A DNA stretch of 63,966 nucleotides, filler included, from Thraustochytrium aureum (taxonomy: Eukaryota): assembly GCA_012862495.1 (NCBI GenBank). It is 9 parts of 5 records of this genome, joined end to end, with 100 filler letters (N's around TTAATTAATTAA, not from the genome) between each part and the next. Parts side by side here need not be neighbours in the genome. Positions count along the whole stretch, not along the records: positions 9,238 to 18,464 come from BLSG01000208.1; positions 18,565 to 38,415 come from BLSG01000208.1; 7 more parts are not named here. One strand, written 5' to 3'. How positions within the stretch are numbered: position 1 is the stretch's first letter; each line of letters starts with the position of its first letter. The notes beneath the pieces were generated by a model, which ran no database searches, had not been told where the DNA came from, and saw only the letters and a list, made by a program, of their open reading frames with translations. Below are positions 9,884 to 20,091 of the stretch, piece by piece. A program made the position numbers and the translations under genes.

Positions 9884-12409
9884 ATGGCTGCCGATGACCC
9901 CACCTGGGTCGCGAGGCTCGGGGAGCTGAGCGCGGGACTGGCGCCGCCCAGGAATGGGGACAAGGTGTGGAAGGAGGAGTGCGCGTTCTCGTTTTTGACG
10001 CCAGAGTCGGCGCGCGAGGGCCTGTTCCTCAACTTGAGCACGTTCCAGGCGTTTTCTGCGCAGTTCGTGGCGGTTGACAACGAGCGGACCGGGAACGCGC
10101 TGTACATGTACGTCAAGTGGTCGCGCGAGCAGGCTGGGGAGCAAGACAGCATGGAGGTCGACGAGGACAAGGCCGAGCCTGTCAAGCTGGCCATCGGCGT
10201 GGAGGGCGGCTTCAGCCCCCCAGATGAGATCGGCGGGCCTGGCAAGCTCGTCAAGGAGTACGGCTTCGCCATCTACCCCGACCTCGAGACTATACTGCCC
10301 TACCCCTGCGCCGACGCGCGCCTCCCCACCCGGCTCATCGAGGTCGCCGACGCCGTGATCGCAACTGACGATGCCTCGCAACAAAACCAAGTCGCGGCTT
10401 GGGAAGCCGCCGAGGAACCGCGCCCCGTCAGCAAGTTTGCAGAGGGGCTCGAGCAGATCGACAATGGCATCAAGATCTCGCCAGACCCCAAGACCTGGAA
10501 ATGCCAGGACAGCGGGCTGACCGAAAACCTCTGGCTCAACCTCTCGACCGGATACATCGGGTCTGGAAGGCGCAACTGGGACGGCAGCGGAGGCACTGGC
10601 GCTGCTCTCAAGCACTTTGAAGAGACCGGGAGCAAATACCCGCTGTGCGTAAAGCTGGGGACCATCACGCCCGACGGCACGGCCGAGGTGTACTCGTACC
10701 ATCCCTCGGAGGACTGCATGGTGACCGACCCCAAGCTCGGGCAGCACCTCAAGCACTGGGGAATCGACATCATGGACATGAAAAAGACTGAAAAGACGCT
10801 GGTGGAGATGGAGATCGAGCTCAACATCAACCTGAGCTTCTCGGCCGTGCTGGAGAACGGCGAGGAACTCGTGCCCTGCTTCGGCCCGGGCAACGTGGGC
10901 TTGTTCAACCTGGGCAACTCGTGCTATGCCAACTCGGTGCTCCAGGTCCTCTTCTCCCTCGAGGCCTTCCGTGACAGGTTCTTGTACGGCCAGGGCGACC
11001 GGCAGGCAGCGCGGAGGCGCGCAGCCTTTCTTGATTCGCCGCAGGAGCCACAGACGGACGTGGCGACCCAGCTCGTCAAGCTCGCCGCCGCACTTTCAGA
11101 CCCGTTTGGTTCTGGCCTCGAGCGCAGCGGCGAGGAAGAAGGCGTCCTGGCGGTGGCGCCCAAAATGGTCAAAGACGCGCTTGGCAAGGGCCACCCGGAC
11201 TTTGGCGGCCGCGAACAGCAGGACGCGCGCGAGTACTTTCAGTTTGTTCTCGACAAGCTGGCGCGCGCGGAACACGCCAATCCCTCGGCCAGCGCGGACC
11301 CGGGGGCGCTCTTCAGCTTCCTGGTCGAGGAGCGCCTGCAGTGCCAGCAGTCCTCGCAAGTCCAGTACAAGCGGATGATCAACAACGTGCTCGTGCTGGA
11401 CATCCCGCAGGAGGCCTTTGCGGAGAAGCCCAGTGCCGCCAAGCCGGGCGAGCCGCAGCCGGGCCCCCTCGTCCCACTCGAGGCCTGCTTGCGCGCATCG
11501 CTGGGCGCGGCGGCCACCGCGCAGGTCGACGACTACCTGTCGCCTGCGACCGGCCAGCGCGGCACGGCGCTCAAGTCCTCCGCACTTGCCACCTTTCCAA
11601 AGTACCTCGCGCTGCAGCTCAAGCGCTATGTGGTGGGCGACGACTGGATACCGAAAAAGCTCGAGTGCCGCGTGCCTGTCCCGCGCGACCTCGACCTCAC
11701 TTGGCTCCGGGCCGCCGGGCTTCAGCCGGGCGAAACGGAGCTGCCCGACGCCGCTCCTCAGCAGCCAACGGACCAAGTGGTCCCGGACGAGGGGCAGCTG
11801 GCGCAGCTCGTCGGCATGGGGTTTGATGAGAACGGTTGCAAGCGGGCCCTCATCGCGGTCTCCAACGCTGGCGTGGAGCAAGCGATGCAGTGGGTTTTGG
11901 AGCACATGGGCGACTCGGACTTTAACGACCCGCCCGTGGCTGCCGCCCCCGCAGCAGCGGCCTCCGCCACTTCGGCCGACCCTGCCAGCGTCTCGATGCT
12001 CAGCAGCATGGGTTTCTCAGAGGACGCCGCGAGCCTCGCGCTTCGCGAGTGCGGCGGCGACTTGGAGCGCGCGGCGGACTGGCTGTTCAGCCACGCCGGC
12101 GAGGTAGACGATCTCGTCCGCCAGGACAAGCAGGGCGCCGCCGCCGCCGGCGGAGCCAGCTCGAGAAAGGAAGACCAGATCGCCCAGTCCAACGACTCCC
12201 CCTCCGGCAAATACGCCTTGCGGGCCTTCATCTCGCACATCGGCAAGACGACGACGGGCGGGCACTACTTGTGCCACGTCAACGAGTCGTCCGCGCTCGG
12301 CGAGGCTTCCAGGGACGACTGGGTCATCTTCAACGACCGCAAGGTCGCCAAGTCGAAGGCGCCACCCTTCGAGCACGGCTTCATGTACGTGTTCGAGCGC
12401 TGCGGCTGA
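9884..12409 (+). CDS. USP5: Ubiquitin carboxyl-terminal hydrolase 5/13 (isopeptidase T, Ubp14)
   Basis: zf-UBP (ENLWLNLSTGYIGSGR), Cys box GLFNLGNSCYANSVLQ, QQDAREY, two UBA domains (MGF), His box HIGKTTTGGHY, WVIFND. Confidence 0.95.
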   Translation: MAADDPTWVARLGELSAGLAPPRNGDKVWKEECAFSFLTPESAREGLFLNLSTFQAFSAQFVAVDNERTGNALYMYVKWSREQAGEQDSMEVDEDKAEPVKLAIGVEGGFSPPDEIGGPGKLVKEYGFAIYPDLETILPYPCADARLPTRLIEVADAVIATDDASQQNQVAAWEAAEEPRPVSKFAEGLEQIDNGIKISPDPKTWKCQDSGLTENLWLNLSTGYIGSGRRNWDGSGGTGAALKHFEETGSKYPLCVKLGTITPDGTAEVYSYHPSEDCMVTDPKLGQHLKHWGIDIMDMKKTEKTLVEMEIELNINLSFSAVLENGEELVPCFGPGNVGLFNLGNSCYANSVLQVLFSLEAFRDRFLYGQGDRQAARRRAAFLDSPQEPQTDVATQLVKLAAALSDPFGSGLERSGEEEGVLAVAPKMVKDALGKGHPDFGGREQQDAREYFQFVLDKLARAEHANPSASADPGALFSFLVEERLQCQQSSQVQYKRMINNVLVLDIPQEAFAEKPSAAKPGEPQPGPLVPLEACLRASLGAAATAQVDDYLSPATGQRGTALKSSALATFPKYLALQLKRYVVGDDWIPKKLECRVPVPRDLDLTWLRAAGLQPGETELPDAAPQQPTDQVVPDEGQLAQLVGMGFDENGCKRALIAVSNAGVEQAMQWVLEHMGDSDFNDPPVAAAPAAAASATSADPASVSMLSSMGFSEDAASLALRECGGDLERAADWLFSHAGEVDDLVRQDKQGAAAAGGASSRKEDQIAQSNDSPSGKYALRAFISHIGKTTTGGHYLCHVNESSALGEASRDDWVIFNDRKVAKSKAPPFEHGFMYVFERCG

Positions 12410-12730
12410 CCGGCTGCCGAAGCGCCGAAGCGCGCCACCGCCACCCCTAGCTAGCTAGCTCAGGAGCTTCAGAAACCTTCCAAGCACTCCTTTCGCTGCA
12501 AGCGCGCGCAACGCCCAGCAGGTCGGCTGCGCGCCGACCTTGTACAGCGCTCGCAGCGCGTACACGGGCACCAACATACTCGACGGCCACGTCCAGCTCC
12601 GCAGTGCAGGGCGCTCTCTCGCTCTCTGCAAGAGCTGGCGTTGCTGCAGAGGCTGCTGGCCAGCAACGAGCGGGTGCTCCAGGCTTCGGCCGTCGCTGCA
12701 AGGGAAAAGCCCGCGACTCGGCGCGCGACG

Positions 12731-13282
12731 ATGGAGGCCCGCGCGGAGCGGCGCGTGCGCGAGATCAGGCGGCATCTCGGGTCAGGACGATGCACCGCGG
12801 CACAGGCGCTTGCGCCCGCCGAGGCGGCCGCGGAGGCTGCGGGAGCCAACCCGTTTCATCTCGCGTTTCCCGTGCATGACCTGGACGCTGCGCGCGCGTT
12901 CTGGGGGGGCGTGATGGGCTGCGAGGAGGGGAGGTCGAGCCACAAGTGGATTGACTACAACCTGTTCGGGCACCAGATTGTGTGCCACCTCGTGGGCGCA
13001 GACTACCGCGCCGTCGACTACTTCAACCCGGTGGATGGAGACGAGGTGCCCGTGCACCACTTTGGGGCAGTGCTAACGCACGACCAGTTCCATGCGCTCG
13101 CCAAGCGGCTCCAAGAGCACGGCGTCGAGTTTCAGATCCCGCCGACGCTGCGGTTCAAGGGCGCGCCTGGCGAGCAGTGGACCATGTTCTTCAGGGACCC
13201 CAGCGGAAACGCGCTCGAGTTTAAGGCGATGGCCAAGCCCGAGAACCTCTTTGCGCGCTATTTCGTGGACGAAAGCAAGTAG
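12731..13282 (+). CDS. VOC/glyoxalase-family (extradiol dioxygenase-like) protein with putative PTS2
   Basis: PFHLAFPVHDL...GCEEGRS...FGHQIVCH...VPVHHFG...GEQWTMFFRDPSGNALEFK; N-terminal RVREIRRHL. Confidence 0.88.
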   Translation: MEARAERRVREIRRHLGSGRCTAAQALAPAEAAAEAAGANPFHLAFPVHDLDAARAFWGGVMGCEEGRSSHKWIDYNLFGHQIVCHLVGADYRAVDYFNPVDGDEVPVHHFGAVLTHDQFHALAKRLQEHGVEFQIPPTLRFKGAPGEQWTMFFRDPSGNALEFKAMAKPENLFARYFVDESK

Positions 13283-14191
13283 ACACTCTAAAAGCACAAG
13301 CGGCAGTCTTGGCAGATTGGTTTCGTTTCGCGCGGGCTGCTCGCTGCAGCTGAGTCGCTCGCCGTTGCACGTCAAGGCAAGACTGCTGGAAACGTGAGCC
13401 GTGCGCCCGCGGCACGGCAGCTTCGCCACGAGACAGATGCTTGTCGTTTTCCTCCGAATTCCTTTTTTAAAAAACTTAAAGAAATGCGTGCCGTCTTGCG
13501 GCCCGCCACGGGAACGGCACGAGCGCTGCGCGCTTTGCAGGTCCACGCGCAGCCGCGGCATCGGGCAAACCCGCTGCCCCCATGCAGTAGTCTTCTCGTG
13601 TGGCGTGCGTTCGTTCTGAGCGCCCCCCCGGGCTGTCGTCCAGGCCCTAGGCAGAGGTCGGTTCTCCATCCTCCGGCGCAGGCAGGCGCAAGGCCCCTCA
13701 GGCCAGCAGGGTCCCAGCACGGTTTCGGCCCCGTAGCGTGCCGCGCTGGCTTGGCGCACAGCCGCGACCTCACGAAGGGTATGCACCTCCCTCCTCCTTG
13801 GCCCGCCGTTGACCGCAGCAGCAACCTGGACGGCGAGCATTCGTTCGAACCCAGCCAGAGATCGGCCGCGCGCAGAGCCGCCAGCCGTGGCCGAGCGCGC
13901 ACGCTCGACAAGCCAACGCCGCCGGGCCCGCGCGAGGATACCAAAATCAAAAAAGTGTGACTTTGGCGCGTTACGAGTTGGCAGAACACGAACACGAGCA
14001 GGACAACGTCGAGTACCGACCGAGCCACCAGTACACAGCAGAGCCGCAAGTCTGCTGCGTTTCTTTTGGCCGGAGCGCTTGCGAGAAAAGCAGAGCCGTC
14101 GGCGGCTTTGCGCATTGTAGTTGCTCTGGTCGCGAGTGCAGCACGTGCGTGCGCTCGCGTCCACCTGCTCACGCGTTCGCTCGTCCTGGCC

Positions 14192-15863
14192 ATGTCGCCA
14201 CGGCTCGGGATGGCGCGGGGGATGGCCCTCGTGCTCGGGCTCGGCGCGTTTGGCTGCTGCGCGGGCGAGCTGGTCGCCGATGCGGTGGATGCGGCTGCAA
14301 CGGCGCTTGCATCGGCTGGGGCGGAGCAGGTTGCGGCCGTCGCGGTTGCGGCGGCGGCCGTAGTGACGGTGTGCCTGCTCGGGAGAGCGTCCGCCGCGGC
14401 GCCTGACGGCGGCGTCACGGTTTGTGTTGTGGACAAGGTGGTTGGCGCGGACGGCGAGGTGGGCCTCCCACGGGAGGTGGCGGCGTCCGCTATGGACGTC
14501 ATGGTCGGCGCCGCCTGGGTGACCTTTGCCTTCCGGTTTGACAACACGCTGGACCCTGACGAGCTCGAACGCGGCCTGGCCCGGGCGCTGCGCAGCAGAC
14601 CAGAAGCTGGCGCGCGACTGCGATTCCGCGAGGGGCGGTACTGGTTGGTCGTCCTTGACGGTGCAGAAGGCGGCGCGCAGCTTCAGGTCGTGTGGAAACG
14701 GCGGACGGCCGCCACGCGGTGGCCTGGCCCAGACAGCTGCAAGGAAGAATGGGTGCGGGCAGAATTGTTCCCGGACGGGCCTGGGTTCTTCAAGGCCCTG
14801 CCCGGCCCCTCGCGAGCCACTCGTCAAGGTGCGAGTCACCCTCGTGGAAGGCGCACCGCTTTCGTTTGTCGGCGTCTCGATAAGCCACGCCTTGTACGAC
14901 GCGCAGGCCTGCTGCGACTTTATGCAGGCATGGGCCCGCGGGTGCAGCGGTGGCGGCGGTTTTTTCCCCGACGGCCGCGGACTGGAGCGGCGCGCTCCGG
15001 AGCGCGCCGCTGAGAAGAAGGCCTCGCTCGAAGAGCTCGCGCGCGACTGGAACGAGCGCGTCCTATCGCATGTGGAATGCAAAGCCGCGCCGCCAGTGGC
15101 GCCGTGGCTTGGCAACTTGCGCCTTGCCCTGCCCTTGCTGCGCAGCAAGGCGCGGAACACAGAGGTGGAGCTTGTGGTCAGCATCGCCAAGACGCGCGCG
15201 CTCGCCAACCGCGCAGGCAAGCTGAGCGCAGACGGCTGGGTCTCGCCCTTCGAGGCCGTAATGGGCGCACTGCTCGCCGCGCACCACGCGACCCTCCCCG
15301 GGCCATCGCCGCACCTAACGTGCGTCAACTTTCTTTGCAATCTGCGGGGCCGCACTTCCGAGCTCGCGCCAGGGTTCCGCGGCAATGGGCTCACCGACGT
15401 TTTCACGCAGCTCGGTGTGGATCCTCGCTCGCCCGAGCGCACTGCGGCAGCGCTGCACGGCGCCGTGCGCCGGGAGCTGGCTGGAGGGGCCGCCCACCTC
15501 GGCTCTATCGTCGCGTTTCTGGAGCGCGTTAGCGCGATGGGCATGCAGTCGAGCTTGTACATGTCGTCCATAGAAGGCACGCTGCGCGGGGAGAACGTCT
15601 ACATGAACAGCTGGGCCAAGTACCCCTGGCTGGACATCCGCTTTGGGGGGCGCGGCCCAACGGCGTTTTCGCTCGCCAGCGACGTGCTCTTGGCCAACAT
15701 GTTGCTTCACACGCCTCGGACGGTGACACAGCATTCGGTGCACATTTGCGTGCCGCGGGTCGACGCTTTGATCGACTTTCTCGAGCAGCACGACACTCCG
15801 GTGGAGCGCATCCTGCAATTTCGCGGCGGGCACAGTCGCGTGCGCTGGCAGGCCAAGAGGTGA
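14192..15863 (+). CDS. BAHD-like CoA-dependent acyltransferase (one frameshift ~14810)
   Basis: LERGLARAL...AGARL; HxxxD motif (SHALYDA); NLRGR, GFRGN and a DFGWG-like WLDIRFGG; removing one C from GGCCCCTCGC joins ORFs 14066.. and 14526.. Confidence 0.75.
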
Positions 15864-16240
15864 TGTTGGCGCTTGCGGCTCCACGAGAGCGCCAAGAGCG
15901 GTTCCCAGTGTAGAGTACTCGACACAGTGTGGGGTTGGGGAATGTGGGACTGTTTTTCTTCTCCGCTAATTGGGGTTTCTTCAGATGCTGTGCTGCGAAC
16001 TCAACAAACGTGCGCGCCTCCGAGCCGAGCCTCTTCGCGCGTGCCTGGACTTCATACTTACACGGCGCGGCAACCAGTGTCGTCGCCAGCGCTCGCACCT
16101 GCATGGACTCGCCTTTTTCGCGCGAGCGCGAGACAGCAGCGTTTGGTCGCCAGAGAGCACGATGTGCGGGCGGGCGGGCGGGCGGACCTCCTCCTTTTTT
16201 GGCACTTTTTCTCGAGAGTGCTCTACTAGAGCTAGCTGTT

Positions 16241-18464
16241 CTACTCCTCGTTGGGCTTTTTCAGGACCGTGACTTTGACGCTGCCGTTGTTGATGTCCCA
16301 GTGCTCCTTGCAGACTGCAGCCACAAAGCCTTCGTGATGGCTAATGAGGAGCACACCGCCGCGGTACGCCTTGAGCGCCGCCGTGAGCGCCGCGAGCGAC
16401 TCGTTGTCGAGGTAGTTTGTGGGCTCGTCGAGCACGATGACGTGCGGGCGAGTCCAGAGCGCGGCCGCCAGCACGAGGCGCGACTTTTGGCCACCAGACA
16501 TCCAGCGGATCTTGCGCTGCGCGAGCTCGGAGGAGATGCCAAACTGCTCGAGGTGCTTGATCATCTCGGGCGTGGTGAGCGGGCGCAGGTCCACGCCCGC
16601 CTCGGCCATCTTGATCTTTTCGTCGTAGAGGCGCACGAGCTTGATCACGTGCGGGCTGCGCTTGCTGAGCTCCTCGAGCTCCTCCAGGGACCGAAAGTCC
16701 TTGTTGGCGCCCTTCTCCTGGCGGCCGTTCTTGCGAACCTCGTAGTACAGCTTTTTGGTGCGGATGACGCGCGAGACGATCTCGGCGATCTCGCCCAGCT
16801 CGGTCATCTTCACCTGGTCCTCGTCGGTGAGCTTGACGGTGATCATCTTGGAGGCCTCCTTGTCCTGGCCTTCCCAGAAGCGCGCCTGGATGTACTGGCA
16901 CGGGGTTTGCTCGATCGAGCTCTCCAGATGGTGCATCGAGTGCTGCGCGATGTAGGCGATCCGGACGCCCTGGTGCTTCCAGAGCTTGCCGAGGTGGCCG
17001 TGCTTTTCGTCGAGCTCGAGCTCGCCGACCAGAAGCTTGAGCAGGGTCGACTTGCCGGCGCCGTTGGGGCCCAGGAGGGCGACGCGCGAGTTGAGCGTGA
17101 GTTTAACGCTGACGTCGTTGAAGACCATCTTGTCCGTACCGGGGTAGCAGAACGACACGTTGGTCATCGAGGCGATGGGCTTGCCGCGGTGCGCGATGCC
17201 GTTCAGCTTGCAGCCCTCGGGAAAGTGCATGGGCTTGATGTTTGCAGCCAAAGCGGCCGCTTGCGCGTCCCCGCCCTTGGCGTTCGCCAGGAGGTCGAGC
17301 GCCGTGGGCTCGCTCGAGTTGTTGTCGTCCTTCTTGGGCAGCGCCGCCACGATGTCCGGGCGCTCCTTTTTGGAACTCCTTGAAGGTGCACGGGTAGTAG
17401 GTGAGCTTTTGGTCCGCGAGGTGGATGATGGCTGTGGAGACCGTGTCAACAAAGTCGTAGTCGTGCGAGACGAGCACGATCGTGACGTCCGTCAAACTTG
17501 TAAGGTACCGCTGCAGCCAGCCGATGGCCTCTACGTCGAGGTGGTTCGTGGGCTCATCCAGCAGGAGCAGGTTGGCGTTGTAGAGCATCGAGCGCGCGAT
17601 GGCGAGGCGCATGCGCCACCCGCCGGAGAGGTTGGCCACAGCGGCTTGCTGGAGCTCCGCCGAGAAACCCACGTTGTCGAGCGAGTCCTTGATCTTGCTG
17701 CGGCGGGCTTCGCCCTGGAGGGCCTCGTCGGCGGCCCGTTTGGCCGAGCCCTTGGCGGTCACGATGGCCTCGAGGTCGCGCTCCATGTAGCCGGCCACCG
17801 AGAGGTCCTTGTCCTCCTCCATGATCTCGTGCTGGACATAGTAGACGCTGACGTCCTCGGGGAAGTTGTCGATGTTGCGCGCCGCAATGCGGTTCAGCAG
17901 CGTGGTCTTGCCCACGCCGTTCATGCCCACGACGGCGTAGCGCTCACCGCGCTCCAGGAACAGCCCGGTGCGCTTGAGCAGCAGCTTGCTGGCGAAGGCG
18001 AGGATGATGCTCGGCAGGTACACGATATAGTCCTTGCCGAGGTCGCCGGCGTCGCCGCCCGACCCGGACGCGCGGCCCTGGGCGCGGAAGAGGGCTGACA
18101 CAATAGCCTCGGCGGCGCCGTTTCGGAACGCGTTCACGACCTGCGTCGCCTCCTCGCTGGAGGAGGCCTTGCGCGCTGCCGCGCCACGCACGAGCGGGAC
18201 GAGGCCCTCGCTCACGAGGTTGCTCGCGAGTTTGAGCGCCATGGAGCGCGGAAAGTTCTCGTCGAGGTCCTCGAACATATCGAAGAGGATCATGCGCGCG
18301 GTCTCGAGAACGTACTCGCGCATGTGCTCGCTGTCGAGCGCCTGGTTGAGCTCGAGGGCGCCCACTGCGCCGTTGAGCATGCTGGTCGCGCCAAGGTCCA
18401 CCATGCAGTTGTTCTGCTTGTCGTGGCTGCTGCGGCGGCGCGTGAGCGCCATGTCCTCCTGCAG
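16241..18464 (-). CDS. eEF3/New1-like ABC-F ATPase (5' truncated; frameshift ~17370)
   Basis: Two ABC cassettes (GMNGVGKT/LSGGWRMR/LLLDEPTNHLD and GPNGAGKST/MSGGQK/LDEPTNYLD) with a chromodomain-like insert (IVSRVIRTKKLYYEV) in ABC2; an A5 run breaks FQKERPD. Confidence 0.88.
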
Positions 18465-18564
18465 NNNNNNNNNNNNNNNNNNNNNNNNNNNNNNNNNNNN
18501 NNNNNNNNTTAATTAATTAANNNNNNNNNNNNNNNNNNNNNNNNNNNNNNNNNNNNNNNNNNNN
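18465..18564. other. Artificial scaffold spacer
   Basis: N44-TTAATTAATTAA-N44. Confidence 0.98.
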
Positions 18565-19002
18565 GGACTGCCACTCGAGTCCATCGGACGGTGCGTGTGC
18601 GACAAGCCGTTGTTGTGGCTGGGGCCGTTGGTGGGCTTTGTGATAACCGCGCTGATTGTTGGCAACGTACTGAGCTACAAGGCGAGGAATATGCCTGTCG
18701 CGTTCAGCGAGGGGAAATGGGTGGCCATCGCTTTGATCAACTTCCTGGAATGCTCAATCCTCTGCATCCCGATCCTCATCGTGACGGTCGACAACCCGGC
18801 GCTCGACGTGATCGTCAAGTCCATGTTCACACTGATGGTAAACCTCGGCACGGTCGTGATTATCTTCGGCCCGAAGGTACAGATGTGGCACCAAGGAAAG
18901 GTCTTTTCCACGACTGACGCGTCCCCGAGTAAGAACGTGGAGCCGAGCGCGGCGAGTGGAGTTACCGCACAGAGCACGTCGTTGGTGGCAACCGAGGGCT
19001 AA
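18565..19002 (+). CDS. Class C (GABA-B-like) GPCR, C-terminal TM5-7 fragment
   Basis: YKARNMPVAFSEGKWVAIA and IIFGPKV match family 3 7TM motifs; three hydrophobic helices. Confidence 0.75.
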   Translation, partial: GLPLESIGRCVCDKPLLWLGPLVGFVITALIVGNVLSYKARNMPVAFSEGKWVAIALINFLECSILCIPILIVTVDNPALDVIVKSMFTLMVNLGTVVIIFGPKVQMWHQGKVFSTTDASPSKNVEPSAASGVTAQSTSLVATEG

Positions 19003-19040
19003 TTTTAGTAGGCCTAGTCGATAAATAATTATAATCCAAT

Positions 19041-19350
19041 GAGCGAGCGGACGTTGAGATCTCCCGGGCCGCCCAGGCGCCCTCCCGAGATGGTGTTCCG
19101 GGTGGGGTCCTCAACCCGTGCCAAGTGGATTTCTCGACTGTGTCGGGCATGGAGGACTCCTACCGGAACATTCGCATTGGGGGCCGGTCAGCCTGATCGA
19201 TGGACCTCGAGCGCAGGATCCCGTTCCTGGCATCCCTAACCCCACCCGCGCGGGGCAGGTTGGCCGCGCCGTGGCGATTCGCGATCTGAAAGAAACAAAA
19301 TCATGCAGCTAACGTGTCGGTCGGTGGCATGTGGTGATCGAGGCCACCGG
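19041..19350 (+). ncRNA. Candidate structured ncRNA of unknown class
   Basis: Stacked stems 19094-19101/19163-19170, 19104-19112/19152-19160, 19117-19122/19146-19151 with G-U pairs favouring the + strand; further hairpins; CCCTAACCC at 19234-19242; AT-rich TATA-like tract at 19021-19035. Confidence 0.35.
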
Positions 19351-20091
19351 TGGATGGGGCACGCAGGCTTCAGTTGGTCATCTCCGGCTGCTCCACGAAG
19401 AGGTTGCTTGGTGCAACTAATTCGATCCGTCGCGCGCAGAGATGTCCCGGGACTTGACGTCGCAGTGCCAACCCAGTAACATCAAGGAGAACTCGCGATG
19501 GTGACACACGAACGATTCTTCCAACTTCGACCAGAGAGGACACAGAGTGGCCCAACGGATAGTTGACGCGGCGCGGAGGCCGCGGAGGCACCGCGCCCGA
19601 CTCGGAGCTGCAAGACAGACAGAGCGCGGCGGTCTGGCTCTTCGCTGCTGTACGTAGTTGATTAAAACCCAGGATCTGCGCGCTTTTGAGCGGGCTTTTG
19701 GAGGGCCGAAGCCAGATGTGAGCGGCCGAAAACGCCCTCCTTTCCTTCAGCTTGCGCGACGCGGAACATGCGACGCGGAGAGGCTGGAATGGGTCTTCAA
19801 GGTGCAGTTTGGTCGCAACTTTCGCAAGAAAGGAGAGCTTGAGCTGGGCGCAGAGGCATTGCAAAAGGCGCCGCAGTCGCCACGACGATCATATCGCGGG
19901 AGAACGGCCGCAAACCAACAACGCTGGCGAGTCGTGTGTCTGGCAGTCGCTGCAGACCCGAACGAGCGAGCTCGAGCAGGCGCTGGCACTCACGCACCGC
20001 GCTTTGGAGAAACAAGGCACGTAGTCAGGCCAGCGAGTGAGCGAGCCAGCGAACGAACGAGCGCCCGGCGAGGCTCCAGGCGACGTGCGAG

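Noticed and set aside
13073..15580. Long antisense or alternative-frame ORFs (e.g. 13073..15580 -, 15929..17383 +, 29759..31141 +)
   Set aside because: Shadow ORFs expected at high GC opposite real genes; Arg/Pro/Ala-rich with no motifs
17360..17385. Programmed frameshifting or pseudogenisation in many genes (also ~270, 14810, 25700, 30743, 36228, 41900, 53430, 59575)
   Set aside because: Most breaks are +/-1 nt in short homopolymers within otherwise conserved genes, the signature of pyrosequencing-type error; no consistent slippery heptamer
19284..19318. RNase P/MRP RNA identity for the structured segment
   Set aside because: The 3' ACAAAATCATGCAGCTA is only loosely CR-V-like and no matching GGAAxxUC CR-I was found
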